From Escherichia coli (lineage in GTDB: Bacteria; Pseudomonadota; Gammaproteobacteria; Enterobacterales; Enterobacteriaceae): a stretch of 64,000 bases of DNA. Below are positions 41,308 to 53,710 of the stretch, one piece after another. Position 1 is the first letter of the stretch. Each line of letters starts with the position of its first letter. The notes beneath the pieces were generated by a model, which saw nothing but the letters and a program-made list of their open reading frames with translations, searched no databases and was not told the origin of the DNA. A program made the translations under genes and the position numbers. Location: NCBI RefSeq assembly GCF_041886205.1, contig NZ_CP169029.1; one strand, given 5' to 3'.

Positions 41308-42081
41308 TCACTCATACTCTGCCCGACACATCGCCACAGTATCTTCTATCAGACGGCGCGCTACGGTGCCGGGCGGCGGGAGTAACGGCAAATCGTCATA
41401 GCGATACCAGTTCGCCTCAAGCAATTCTTTCGGGTCGATCACGATGTCGCCGCTGTCATATTCCGCCATAAACGCGGTCATTAAAGACTGAGGAAACGGC
41501 CACGGCTGGGAAGTCACATAACGCAAGTTTTTAACTTTAATTCCGCTCTCTTCCATCACTTCCCGCGCGACCGCCTGCTCGAGGGTTTCGCCCACTTCGA
41601 CGAATCCGGCAAGTACCGTATGGACACCGTTACGATGGCGGGTATGCTGGGCGAGGAGGATCGAATCATCGCGACGGATGGCAACAATAATGCAGGGGGC
41701 GATTTGCGGGTAGTAACGCTCACGGCAATGGCTGCACAGCATCGCCCATTCGGTTTTGCTCGGATACATTTCATGCCCGCAGTAACCACAGTATTTATGC
41801 GATCGGTAAAACTCCGCCAGTTGTACGCCTCGTCCGGCCAGTTGAAACAGCCCAACATCGAGATCAATGACCTGACGTACCGACCCCATATCGTGACGCC
41901 GCTGCTGTTGTACTAACCAAACAGGTTCCCCCTGCCATTCGCCGATTTGTAGTGCGCGCTGACCCACAAGATCGAAATTTGCCGCTTCGCCATATGGCAA
42001 TTCTCCCTTCGGCAACCATAATTTTTGTTCATGGCTGACGACCCACCAGCCGTGATCTAATTTTTCAATTATACGATCCAT
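41308..42081 (-). CDS. nudC: NADH pyrophosphatase / RNA NAD-decapping Nudix hydrolase
   Basis: 257-aa ORF with a zinc-ribbon CGYCGH...CSHC and the Nudix box [22 protein letters not shown]. Confidence 0.97.
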
Positions 42082-42175
42082 AGCTCTTGCACTACCTTTG
42101 CATCACTGGCATGTTTAACATGGTTTTTACATTTCTCACTGAGCAGTTTTTGAATACAAACTTGCGGAGTCAATC

Positions 42176-42652
42176 ATGCTTAACCAGCTCGATAACCTGA
42201 CGGAGCGCGTCAGAGGAAGTAACAAACTGGTTGATCGCTGGCTACATGTACGTAAGCATCTGCTCGTGGCTTACTACAATCTGGTTGGCATTAAGCCTGG
42301 CAAAGAATCGTACATGAGGCTAAACGAAAAAGCCCTTGATGATTTTTGTCAGAGCCTGGTCGATTACTTGTCTGCCGGACATTTCAGTATTTATGAGCGC
42401 ATTCTTCATAAGCTGGAAGGCAACGGGCAACTCGCGCGCGCCGCGAAGATTTGGCCGCAACTCGAAGCCAATACTCAACAGATTATGGATTACTACGATT
42501 CCAGTCTGGAAACCGCCATCGATCATGATAATTACCTTGAGTTTCAACAGGTTTTATCTGACATCGGCGAGGCGCTGGAAGCGCGCTTTGTGCTGGAAGA
42601 TAAGCTGATTCTGCTGGTGCTTGACGCCGCCCGCGTCAAACATCCTGCTTGA
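42176..42652 (+). CDS. rsd: Regulator of sigma D (anti-sigma-70)
   Basis: 158-aa ORF starting MLNQLDNLTERVRGSNKLVDRWLHVRKHLL. Confidence 0.97.
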   Translation: MLNQLDNLTERVRGSNKLVDRWLHVRKHLLVAYYNLVGIKPGKESYMRLNEKALDDFCQSLVDYLSAGHFSIYERILHKLEGNGQLARAAKIWPQLEANTQQIMDYYDSSLETAIDHDNYLEFQQVLSDIGEALEARFVLEDKLILLVLDAARVKHPA

Positions 42653-42686
42653 GTTCTGCGCTGTTAACGCGTAATTTACATTCAAT

Positions 42687-42710
42687 GCCCCATTTGCGGG
42701 GCTAATTTCT
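42687..42710 (+). terminator. Probable rsd terminator
   Basis: gcccc-atttgc-ggggc hairpin followed by taatttctt. Confidence 0.5.
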
Positions 42711-42796
42711 TGTCGGAGTGCCTTAACTGGCTGAGACCGTTTATTCGGGATCCGCGGAACCTGATCAGGCTAATACCTGCGAAGGGAACAAGAGTT
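42707..42796 (+). promoter_or_regulatory. TPP (thi-box) riboswitch of the thiCEFSGH operon
   Basis: Conserved thi-box core ctgagaccg...ggaacctgatcaggctaatacctgcgaagggaac, with P1 pairing tcttgt/acaaga. Confidence 0.88.
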
Positions 42797-42881
42797 AATC
42801 TGCTATCGCATCGCCCCTGCGGCGATCGTCTCTTGCTTCATCCGTCGTCTGACAAGCCACGTCCTTAACTTTTTGGAATGA

Positions 42882-44779
<1,898 letters not shown>

Positions 44780-44780
<1 letters not shown>

Positions 44781-45415
44781 TGTATCAGCCTGATTTTCCT
44801 CCTGTACCTTTTCGTTCAGGACTGTACCCGGTGGTGGACAGCGTACAGTGGATCGAACGTCTGTTGGATGCAGGCGTACGTACTCTCCAGCTACGCATCA
44901 AAGATCGGCGCGATGAAGAGGTGGAAGCCGATGTCGTGGCGGCAATTGCGCTGGGCCGCCGCTATAACGCGCGATTGTTTATCAACGATTACTGGCGGCT
45001 GGCGATCAAGCATCAGGCGTATGGCGTCCATTTGGGGCAGGAAGATTTGCAAGCCACCGATCTCAATGCCATCCGCGCGGCAGGCCTGCGGCTGGGCGTT
45101 TCGACACATGACGATATGGAAATCGACGTCGCGCTGGCAGCACGCCCCTCTTATATCGCGCTGGGACATGTGTTCCCGACGCAAACCAAACAGATGCCTT
45201 CTGCACCGCAGGGGCTGGAACAGCTGGCACGGCATGTTGAGCGACTGGCGGATTATCCCACCGTGGCGATTGGCGGTATCAGTCTGGCACGCGCGCCTGC
45301 GGTGATAGCAACGGGTGTCGGCAGTATCGCCGTCGTCAGCGCCATTACTCAAGCCGCAGACTGGCGTTTGGCAACGGCACAGTTGCTGGAAATTGCAGGA
45401 GTTGGCGATGAATGA
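44780..45415 (+). CDS. thiE: Thiamine-phosphate synthase
   Basis: 211 aa from the ATG at 44780, which overlaps the thiC TGA (TGATG). Starts [19 protein letters not shown]. Confidence 0.96.
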
Positions 45416-46163
45416 CCGTGACTTTATGCGTTATAGCCGCCAAATCCTGCTCGACGATATCGCTCTGGACGGGCAGCAAAAACTGCTCGACAGCCAGGTG
45501 CTGATTATCGGTCTGGGCGGGCTGGGTACACCTGCTGCGCTGTACCTGGCGGGCGCTGGCGTCGGGACGCTGGTACTGGCAGATGACGACGATGTGCATT
45601 TAAGCAATCTGCAACGACAAATCCTCTTTACCACTGAAGATATCGATCGCCCGAAATCGCAGGTCAGCCAACAGCGACTGGCACAGTTGAATCCCGACAT
45701 TCAACTGACAGCATTACAACAACGGTTAACGGGTGAGGCGTTAAAAGATGCGGTTGCACGGGCCGATGTGGTGCTCGACTGTACCGACAATATGGCGACT
45801 CGCCAGGAGATTAATGCCGCCTGCGTGGCACTCAACACGCCGCTTATCACCGCCAGCGCGGTCGGATTTGGCGGTCAGTTGATGGTACTGACGCCGCCCT
45901 GGGAGCAGGGGTGTTACCGCTGCCTGTGGCCAGATAACCAGGAGCCAGAACGCAACTGCCGCACGGCGGGCGTGGTTGGCCCGGTGGTCGGGGTTATGGG
46001 CACTTTGCAGGCACTGGAAGCCATTAAGTTATTAAGCGGTATAGAGACACCTGCGGGAGAACTCCGACTGTTCGACGGTAAATCGAGCCAGTGGCGCAGC
46101 CTGGCGTTGCGCCGCGCCAGTGGTTGCCCGGTATGCGGAGGAAGCAATGCAGATCCTGTTTAA
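45408..46163 (+). CDS. thiF: ThiS adenylyltransferase
   Basis: 251 aa from the ATG at 45408 ([15 protein letters not shown]...), with the E1-like motif [19 protein letters not shown]. Confidence 0.96.
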
Positions 46164-46347
46164 CGATCAAGCGATGCAGTGCGCCGCCGGGCAAACTGTT
46201 CACGAACTACTGGAGCAACTCGACCAACGACAAGCGGGCGCGGCTCTGGCGATTAATCAGCAAATCGTCCCGCGTGAGCAGTGGGCGCAACATATCGTGC
46301 AGGATGGCGACCAGATCCTGCTTTTTCAGGTTATTGCAGGGGGTTGA
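46147..46347 (+). CDS. thiS: Sulfur-carrier protein ThiS
   Basis: 66 aa from the ATG at 46147, [12 protein letters not shown]...FQVIAGG, with a C-terminal GG. Confidence 0.95.
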
Positions 46348-46348
46348 A

Positions 46349-47119
46349 ATGTTACGTATTGCGGACAAAACGTTTGATTCACATCTGTTTACCGGCACAG
46401 GGAAATTCGCTTCTTCACAACTGATGGTGGAGGCGATCCGCGCTTCCGGCAGCCAGCTGGTGACACTGGCGATGAAACGTGTCGACTTGCGCCAGCACAA
46501 CGACGCTATCCTCGAACCGCTTATCGCGGCGGGTGTGACCCTGCTGCCAAATACATCCGGGGCGAAAACAGCGGAAGAAGCCATTTTCGCCGCCCATCTG
46601 GCTCGTGAAGCGTTAGGCACAAACTGGTTAAAATTAGAGATTCACCCTGACGCCCGCTGGCTGTTGCCCGATCCCATCGAAACCCTGAAAGCCGCCGAAA
46701 CGCTGGTACAACAGGGATTTGTCGTGCTGCCTTACTGCGGGGCCGATCCGGTATTGTGTAAACGTCTGGAAGAAGTCGGCTGTGCAGCGGTGATGCCGCT
46801 CGGCGCGCCGATTGGCTCGAATCAGGGACTGGAAACCCGCGCCATGCTGGAGATTATTATCCAGCAGGCCACAGTGCCGGTGGTTGTCGATGCTGGCATC
46901 GGCGTTCCCAGCCATGCCGCGCAGGCGCTGGAAATGGGGGCCGACGCGGTGTTAGTGAATACGGCGATTGCCGTCGCGGACGATCCCGTCAACATGGCGA
47001 AGGCATTTCGTCTGGCGGTAGAAGCAGGCCTACTGGCACGTCAGTCCGGACCGGGCAGCCGCAGTTATTTTGCTCATGCCACCAGCCCGCTGACCGGATT
47101 TCTGGAGGCATCGGCATGA
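46349..47119 (+). CDS. thiG: Thiazole synthase
   Basis: 256 aa from the ATG at 46349 ([20 protein letters not shown]...). Confidence 0.96.
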   Translation: MLRIADKTFDSHLFTGTGKFASSQLMVEAIRASGSQLVTLAMKRVDLRQHNDAILEPLIAAGVTLLPNTSGAKTAEEAIFAAHLAREALGTNWLKLEIHPDARWLLPDPIETLKAAETLVQQGFVVLPYCGADPVLCKRLEEVGCAAVMPLGAPIGSNQGLETRAMLEIIIQQATVPVVVDAGIGVPSHAAQALEMGADAVLVNTAIAVADDPVNMAKAFRLAVEAGLLARQSGPGSRSYFAHATSPLTGFLEASA

Positions 47120-48249
47120 AAACCTTCAGCGATCGCTGGCGACAACTGGACTGGGACGACATCCGCCTGCGTATCAACGGCAAAACGGCTGCTGACGTAG
47201 AGCGGGCGCTAAATGCCTCGCAACTCACCCGCGACGACATGATGGCGCTGTTATCGCCTGCCGCCAGTGGCTATCTGGAACAACTGGCCCAACGGGCGCA
47301 GCGTCTGACCCGTCAGCGATTTGGCAACACAGTTAGTTTCTACGTCCCGCTTTATCTTTCCAATCTTTGCGCTAACGACTGCACGTACTGTGGATTTTCC
47401 ATGAGTAATCGCATCAAGCGCAAAACGCTGGATGAAGCGGATATTGCCAGGGAAAGTGCCGCTATACGGGAGATGGGCTTTGAACATCTGCTGTTAGTCA
47501 CTGGTGAACATCAGGCGAAAGTGGGGATGGATTACTTTCGTCGTCATCTCCCTGCCCTTCGTGAACAGTTCTCTTCACTACAGATGGAAGTACAACCGCT
47601 GGCGGAGACGGAATACGCCGAGTTAAAGCAACTTGGTCTGGATGGCGTGATGGTTTATCAGGAGACATATCACGAGGCGACTTATGCCCGCCATCATCTG
47701 AAAGGCAAAAAACAGGACTTCTTCTGGCGGCTGGAAACGCCGGATCGGCTGGGGCGTGCGGGGATTGATAAGATAGGCCTCGGCGCGCTAATTGGCCTTT
47801 CCGACAACTGGCGCGTTGACAGCTATATGGTTGCCGAACATTTGCTATGGCTGCAACAGCATTACTGGCAAAGCCGTTACTCTGTCTCCTTTCCGCGCCT
47901 GCGCCCGTGTACTGGCGGCATTGAGCCTGCGTCGATTATGGATGAACGCCAGTTAGTGCAAACCATCTGCGCCTTCCGACTGCTTGCACCGGAGATTGAA
48001 CTGTCACTCTCCACGCGGGAATCACCGTGGTTTCGCGATCGCGTTATTCCGCTGGCGATCAATAACGTCAGCGCCTTCTCGAAAACGCAGCCAGGTGGCT
48101 ATGCCGATAATCACCCCGAGTTGGAACAGTTCTCACCGCACGACGATCGCAGACCGGAAGCGGTTGCTGCCGCGTTAACCGCTCAGGGTTTGCAGCCGGT
48201 ATGGAAAGACTGGGACAGCTATCTGGGACGCGCCTCGCAAAGACTATGA
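47116..48249 (+). CDS. thiH: Tyrosine lyase (radical SAM) ThiH
   Basis: 377-aa ORF with the [10 protein letters not shown] radical-SAM cluster motif. Confidence 0.97.
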   Translation: MKTFSDRWRQLDWDDIRLRINGKTAADVERALNASQLTRDDMMALLSPAASGYLEQLAQRAQRLTRQRFGNTVSFYVPLYLSNLCANDCTYCGFSMSNRIKRKTLDEADIARESAAIREMGFEHLLLVTGEHQAKVGMDYFRRHLPALREQFSSLQMEVQPLAETEYAELKQLGLDGVMVYQETYHEATYARHHLKGKKQDFFWRLETPDRLGRAGIDKIGLGALIGLSDNWRVDSYMVAEHLLWLQQHYWQSRYSVSFPRLRPCTGGIEPASIMDERQLVQTICAFRLLAPEIELSLSTRESPWFRDRVIPLAINNVSAFSKTQPGGYADNHPELEQFSPHDDRRPEAVAAALTAQGLQPVWKDWDSYLGRASQRL

Positions 48250-48634
48250 GACGGAATGTAAGAACGTAAATTTATTCCGAGCCGCTACGGAAGATGAAAA
48301 ACGCAAGGTTGTTGAAAGCGTTGTGTTTTTTTATGGTAGTGCCGTCAGCAGGAATGTTGTCCAGGGCGAAAAGCTTCTTCCTCGTTTCGCCCTGCCTTTC
48401 TTAAAAATTCCGTAATGCAAAGTCTGAAGCCATCGCCTGTTGAGCAATGAAAGAGATCTGATTGTAAGAGAGTAAATACTCAACTATGATAGAGACGAAA
48501 ATAAGAACACATGTTCTCATCTTCCAGGATGCAGCAGACTGAAGAAATTCAGACATCCCGCAACCTGCGATTATCGCAAGGTCAAGGCAAAGTCCGGTAA
48601 TGGCGTTCTGAATACCAGAGATAATTCTCTGGCG

Positions 48635-48669
48635 AAACCCACCTTAAGGTGGGTTTTGTTATTTTGAGG
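48635..48669 (+). terminator. Rho-independent terminator on the plus strand, about 390 nt past thiH (3' end of a thiH-downstream transcript, possibly the sRNA SroH)
   Basis: aaacccacc-ttaa-ggtgggttt hairpin followed by tgttatttt. I recall that K-12 has the sRNA SroH in the thiH-yjaZ spacer, but I cannot define its 5' end from the sequence. Confidence 0.6.
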
Positions 48670-49198
48670 GCTGAGGAAGCTGCTTATTTCTCAATAAGTT
48701 GTAGGCAATGGTGAAAAATTTCACTGATTTACCTTTCTGTTTTTCAGAAATGGGATAAGCGCTAGTTACATGCAAACGGAGTTTTTTCTTTTCCCTGAAA
48801 GCCCTGAACGCAACAAAGTAAAATGCCTTATCTCCTCCGTCTAAGTCCACCTCAATCACGGCATAGCTACCATACCCGGCATGAATAACGTTGCTTTCTG
48901 GCAGCGCCAAAATAGTTCTTTTTAAGTGTATGCGCGCTAAGTTATAACGGTGCTGGCAGAAGGGACGAGATTCTTTAGGCGCGTGGTACATTAACGATTG
49001 TTTTTCTTCGTTCGTCTGATGTTCATAATCTTTTGTGAAGCAGTGAAGAGAGTAGGTAACCCAAAAGCGATACTCTAAAGGCTCTTTGCCCTCATGATGC
49101 TGAACGTAGACAGCCTGATGAGCATCAAGAAATGATAAATCACGAATATCACCATCCGGATGTCCAAAAGGTCGCCACTTTTCCACTTCCTGTTTCAT
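48659..49198 (-). CDS. yjaZ: YjaZ (HtrC), function unclear
   Basis: 179-aa ORF starting MKQEVEKWRPFGHPDGDIRDLSFLDAHQ, in AT-rich DNA between thiH and rpoC as in K-12. Confidence 0.85.
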   Translation of the reverse strand: MKQEVEKWRPFGHPDGDIRDLSFLDAHQAVYVQHHEGKEPLEYRFWVTYSLHCFTKDYEHQTNEEKQSLMYHAPKESRPFCQHRYNLARIHLKRTILALPESNVIHAGYGSYAVIEVDLDGGDKAFYFVAFRAFREKKKLRLHVTSAYPISEKQKGKSVKFFTIAYNLLRNKQLPQPSK

Positions 49199-49363
49199 TC
49201 TCGTTCCTTAAGAAAGTTACACAGGAATAGTATCGAATCCTTGCCGAGTTTGACTCAATTAGTTCAGTCAGTTTCAGGATATTAGTCATCTCTACATTGA
49301 TTATGAGTATTCAGAAATTCCTTAAATATTCTGACAAATGCTCTTTCCCTAAACTCCCCCCAT

Positions 49364-49389
49364 AAAAAAACCCGCCGAAGCGGGTTTTT
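49364..49389 (-). terminator. rpoBC operon terminator
   Basis: aaacccgc-cgaa-gcgggttt hairpin with a run of seven T on the minus strand, 20 nt past the rpoC stop. Confidence 0.9.
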
Positions 49390-49410
49390 ACGTTATTTGC
49401 GGATTAACGA

Positions 49411-52400
49411 TTACTCGTTATCAGAACCGCCCAGACCTGCGTTCAGCAGTTCTGCCAGGCTGGCAGATGCGTCTTCTGCAGTCATCTGCGGTGCAGCCGG
49501 AGCTTCACCCGCAGCACGGCGACGCATACGATCCTGGTGGTACGCGTAACCGGTACCTGCCGGGATCAGACGACCCACGATAACGTTCTCTTTCAGGCCG
49601 CGCAGTTCGTCGCGTTTGCCCGCAACGGCTGCTTCGGTCAGCACGCGAGTGGTCTCCTGGAACGATGCCGCGGAGATGAAGGACTCGGTTGCCAGAGACG
49701 CTTTGGTGATACCCAGCAGATCGCGGGAGTAAGTTGCACCCACTTTGCCGTTCGCTTCCAGTTCGCGGTTTGCGATCTTGACGCGAGAGTATTCAACCTG
49801 TTCGCCTTCCAGGAAGTCGGAGCTACCCGCGTTAACGATGGTAGCTTTACGCAGCATCTGACGAACGATAACTTCGATGTGTTTATCGTTAATCTTAACG
49901 CCCTGCAGACGGTATACGTCCTGTACTTCGTTAACGATGTAACGAGTAACAGCATGAACACCACGCAGACGCAGAATGTCGTGCGGCGCTTCCGGACCGT
50001 CGGAAATTACGTCACCACGTTCTACACGTTCACCTTCGAACACGTTGAGCTGACGCCATTTCGGAATCATCTCTTCGTACGGATCGCTACCGTCTACCGG
50101 GGTGATAACCAGACGACGTTTACCTTTGGTTTCTTTACCGAAGGAAACGATACCGCTGATTTCAGCCAGGATTGCCGGCTCTTTCGGACGACGTGCTTCG
50201 AACAGGTCCGCAACGCGCGGCAGACCACCGGTGATGTCCTTGGTACCGCCGGATTCCTGCGGAATACGCGCCAGGGTGTCACCAGAGCTGATCTGTACGC
50301 CATCTTCCAGCTGAACAATCGCTTTACCCGGCAGGAAGTACTGCGCAGGCATATCGGTACCCGGGATCAGAACGTCGTTACCCTGAGCATCAACGATTTT
50401 CAGTGCCGGACGCAGATCTTTACCACCTGCGGTACGTTCTGCGGAATCCAGAACCACCAGCGAAGACAGACCGGTCAATTCGTCTGTCTGACGAGTAATG
50501 GTCTGACCGTCGATCATGTCAGTAAAGCGTACAAAACCACTTACTTCGGTGATAACCGGCATGGTGTGCGGGTCCCAGTTTGCAACGGTTTCGCCGCCAG
50601 CAACCTGTTCGCCATCGCCTTTCGCCAGTACCGCACCGTAAGGCACTTTGTAGCTTTCTTTGGTACGACCGAATTCGTCGATCAGTTTCAGTTCAGTATT
50701 ACGGGAAGTGATAACCAGTTTACCGCTGGAGTTCACAACCGACTTCACGTTGCTGAGCTTGATGCTACCTTTGTTTTTCACTTGGATGCTGGATTCAGCA
50801 GCCGCACGAGATGCCGCACCACCGATGTGGAACGTACGCATGGTCAGCTGTGTACCCGGTTCACCGATGGACTGTGCCGCGATAACACCGATTGCTTCAC
50901 CCTTGTTGATGATGTGGCCACGCGCCAGGTCACGACCGTAGCAGTGCGCACATACACCAAAGTCGGTGTCACAAGATACAACAGAACGTACTTTAACCGC
51001 GTCGACAGAGTTCTCTTCCAGCAGGTCACACCACTGTTCGTGCAGCAGCGTGTTGCGCGGAACGAGGATATCAGCAGTACCCGGCTTCAGAACGTCTTCA
51101 GCAGTTACACGACCCAGTACGCGATCGCGCAGCGGCTCTTTAACGTCACCACCCTCGATAACCGGAGTCATCATGATACCTTCATGGGTACCACAATCGT
51201 CTTCGGTAACCACCAGGTCCTGCGCCACGTCAACCAGACGACGAGTCAGGTAACCGGAGTTCGCAGTTTTCAGTGCGGTATCCGCCAGACCTTTACGAGC
51301 ACCGTGGGTGGAGATGAAGTACTGGAGTACGTTCAGACCTTCACGGAAGTTCGCGGTGATTGGCGTTTCGATGATGGAGCCATCCGGCTTCGCCATCAGA
51401 CCACGCATACCAGCAAGCTGACGAATCTGTGCCGCAGAACCACGCGCACCGGAGTCGGCCATCATGTAGATGCTGTTGAAGGAAACCTGCTTCTCTTCCT
51501 GACCGTCACGGTTAATCACGGTTTCAGTTTGCAGGTTATCCATCATCGCTTTGGATACACGATCGTTCGCCGCAGCCCAGATATCGATAACTTTGTTGTA
51601 GCGTTCGCCCGCAGTTACCAGACCAGACTGGAACTGCTCCTGAATTTCAGCAACTTCTGCTTCTGCCTCGGAGATGATTTCGTGTTTCTTCTCCGGGATG
51701 ACCATGTCATCGATACCAACAGATGCACCAGAACGCGCTGCATAGGCGAAGCCGGTGTACATGATCTGGTCCGCAAAAATAACGGTCGGTTTCAGACCGA
51801 GAATGCGGTAGCAGGTGTTCAGCATTTTGGAGATTGCTTTTTTACCCAGCGCCTGGTTGACGATGGAGTAAGGCAGACCTTTCGGTACAATCATCCACAG
51901 AATGGCACGGCCAACAGTCGTGTCTTTCAGGCTGGTTTTCGCTACTAATTCACCGTTAGCATCTTTTTCATACTCGGTGATACGCACTTTAACGCGCGCA
52001 TGCAGAGAAGCCAGACCAGAGCGATACAGACGTTCTGCTTCTTTCGGGCCAGTCAGCACCATGCCTTCGCCTTTGGCGTTAACACAGTCACGGGTCATGT
52101 AGTACAGACCCAGTACAACGTCCTGAGACGGAACGATGATTGGTTCGCCGTTCGCCGGGGACAGGATGTTGTTGGTAGACATCATCAGCGCACGCGCTTC
52201 CAGCTGGGCTTCCAGCGTCAGCGGTACGTGAACAGCCATCTGGTCACCATCGAAGTCGGCGTTATATGCCGCACAAACCAGCGGGTGCAGCTGGATAGCT
52301 TTACCTTCGATCAGTACCGGTTCAAATGCCTGGATACCCAGACGGTGCAGAGTCGGTGCACGGTTCAGCAGTACCGGGTGTTCGCGGATAACTTCGTCCA

Positions 52401-53634
52401 GGATATCCCAAACGACAGCTTCTTCGCGCTCAACCATTTTCTTCGCAGCTTTAATGGTGGTAGCAAGACCACGCAGTTCCAGCTTGCCGTAGATGAACGG
52501 TTTGAACAGCTCCAGTGCCATTTTCTTCGGCAGACCGCACTGATGCAGACGCAGGTATGGACCTACGGTGATTACAGAACGACCGGAGTAGTCAACACGC
52601 TTACCGAGCAGGTTCTGACGGAAACGACCCTGTTTACCTTTGATCATGTCGGCCAAAGATTTCAGAGGACGCTTGTTAGAACCGGTGATCGCACGACCGC
52701 GACGACCGTTATCCAGCAGGGCGTCTACCGCTTCCTGCAGCATACGTTTTTCGTTACGTACGATGATGTCCGGCGCAGCCAGATCCAGCAGACGTTTCAG
52801 ACGGTTGTTACGGTTAATGACGCGACGATACAGATCGTTCAGGTCAGAAGTCGCGAAACGACCACCATCCAGCGGAACCAGCGGACGCAGATCTGGCGGC
52901 AGTACCGGCAGAACGGTCAGGATCATCCACTCTGGTTTGTTACCAGACTGAACGAACGCTTCCAGCAGTTTGATACGCTTGGTCAGCTTTTTACGCTTGG
53001 TTTCGGAGTTGGTTTCGTTCAGCTCTTCACGCAGCTGTTCGCACTCTTGCTCCAGATCCATGCTCTTCAGCAGAGCCTGGATTGCTTCCGCCCCCATCTT
53101 CGCGTCGAATTCGTCACCGAACTCTTCCAGCGCGTCCAGATACTGCTCTTCAGTCAGGATCTGCTGACGTTCCAGGTTGGTCATACCGCCTTCGATAACC
53201 ACATAGGATTCAAAGTACAGTACGCGTTCGATATCGCGCAGCGGCATATCGAGCAGCAGACCGATACGGGACGGCAGCGATTTCAGGAACCAGATGTGCG
53301 CAGTCGGGGAAGCCAGTTCGATGTGGCCCATACGCTCACGGCGTACTTTAGTCTGGGTCACTTCAACGCCGCACTTCTCACAGATGACGCCACGGTGTTT
53401 CAGGCGCTTGTACTTACCGCACAGGCACTCGTAATCTTTTACCGGCCCAAAGATACGGGCGCAGAAAAGGCCGTCACGTTCTGGTTTGAACGTACGGTAG
53501 TTGATGGTTTCCGGCTTTTTAACTTCACCGAAAGACCATGAACGGATCATGTCTGGCGAAGCCAGAGCAATTTTGATCGCATCAAACTCTTCGGTTTTAG
53601 TCTGCGCTTTCAGAAACTTTAATAAATCTTTCAC
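49411..53634 (-). CDS. rpoC: RNA polymerase beta-prime subunit
   Basis: 1407-aa ORF with a GTG start ([18 protein letters not shown]) and the NADFDGD catalytic motif. Confidence 0.99.
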   Translation of the reverse strand: MKDLLKFLKAQTKTEEFDAIKIALASPDMIRSWSFGEVKKPETINYRTFKPERDGLFCARIFGPVKDYECLCGKYKRLKHRGVICEKCGVEVTQTKVRRERMGHIELASPTAHIWFLKSLPSRIGLLLDMPLRDIERVLYFESYVVIEGGMTNLERQQILTEEQYLDALEEFGDEFDAKMGAEAIQALLKSMDLEQECEQLREELNETNSETKRKKLTKRIKLLEAFVQSGNKPEWMILTVLPVLPPDLRPLVPLDGGRFATSDLNDLYRRVINRNNRLKRLLDLAAPDIIVRNEKRMLQEAVDALLDNGRRGRAITGSNKRPLKSLADMIKGKQGRFRQNLLGKRVDYSGRSVITVGPYLRLHQCGLPKKMALELFKPFIYGKLELRGLATTIKAAKKMVEREEAVVWDILDEVIREHPVLLNRAPTLHRLGIQAFEPVLIEGKAIQLHPLVCAAYNADFDGDQMAVHVPLTLEAQLEARALMMSTNNILSPANGEPIIVPSQDVVLGLYYMTRDCVNAKGEGMVLTGPKEAERLYRSGLASLHARVKVRITEYEKDANGELVAKTSLKDTTVGRAILWMIVPKGLPYSIVNQALGKKAISKMLNTCYRILGLKPTVIFADQIMYTGFAYAARSGASVGIDDMVIPEKKHEIISEAEAEVAEIQEQFQSGLVTAGERYNKVIDIWAAANDRVSKAMMDNLQTETVINRDGQEEKQVSFNSIYMMADSGARGSAAQIRQLAGMRGLMAKPDGSIIETPITANFREGLNVLQYFISTHGARKGLADTALKTANSGYLTRRLVDVAQDLVVTEDDCGTHEGIMMTPVIEGGDVKEPLRDRVLGRVTAEDVLKPGTADILVPRNTLLHEQWCDLLEENSVDAVKVRSVVSCDTDFGVCAHCYGRDLARGHIINKGEAIGVIAAQSIGEPGTQLTMRTFHIGGAASRAAAESSIQVKNKGSIKLSNVKSVVNSSGKLVITSRNTELKLIDEFGRTKESYKVPYGAVLAKGDGEQVAGGETVANWDPHTMPVITEVSGFVRFTDMIDGQTITRQTDELTGLSSLVVLDSAERTAGGKDLRPALKIVDAQGNDVLIPGTDMPAQYFLPGKAIVQLEDGVQISSGDTLARIPQESGGTKDITGGLPRVADLFEARRPKEPAILAEISGIVSFGKETKGKRRLVITPVDGSDPYEEMIPKWRQLNVFEGERVERGDVISDGPEAPHDILRLRGVHAVTRYIVNEVQDVYRLQGVKINDKHIEVIVRQMLRKATIVNAGSSDFLEGEQVEYSRVKIANRELEANGKVGATYSRDLLGITKASLATESFISAASFQETTRVLTEAAVAGKRDELRGLKENVIVGRLIPAGTGYAYHQDRMRRRAAGEAPAAPQMTAEDASASLAELLNAGLGGSDNE

Positions 53635-53710
53635 GGATTTGCTCCCGTCGGAGTTAGCACAATCCGCTGCCGGGTTTTAACCCGACAGCAGTGACCTGTT
53701 TGAGCGAGAA

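Noticed and set aside
46091-47119. 342-aa ORF extending thiG far upstream, and a 282-aa extended thiF frame.
   Set aside because: The upstream extensions overlap thiF and thiS (or thiE) in other frames. The internal ATGs at 46349 and 45408 reproduce the canonical ThiG (256 aa) and ThiF (251 aa) N-termini with the usual operon coupling.
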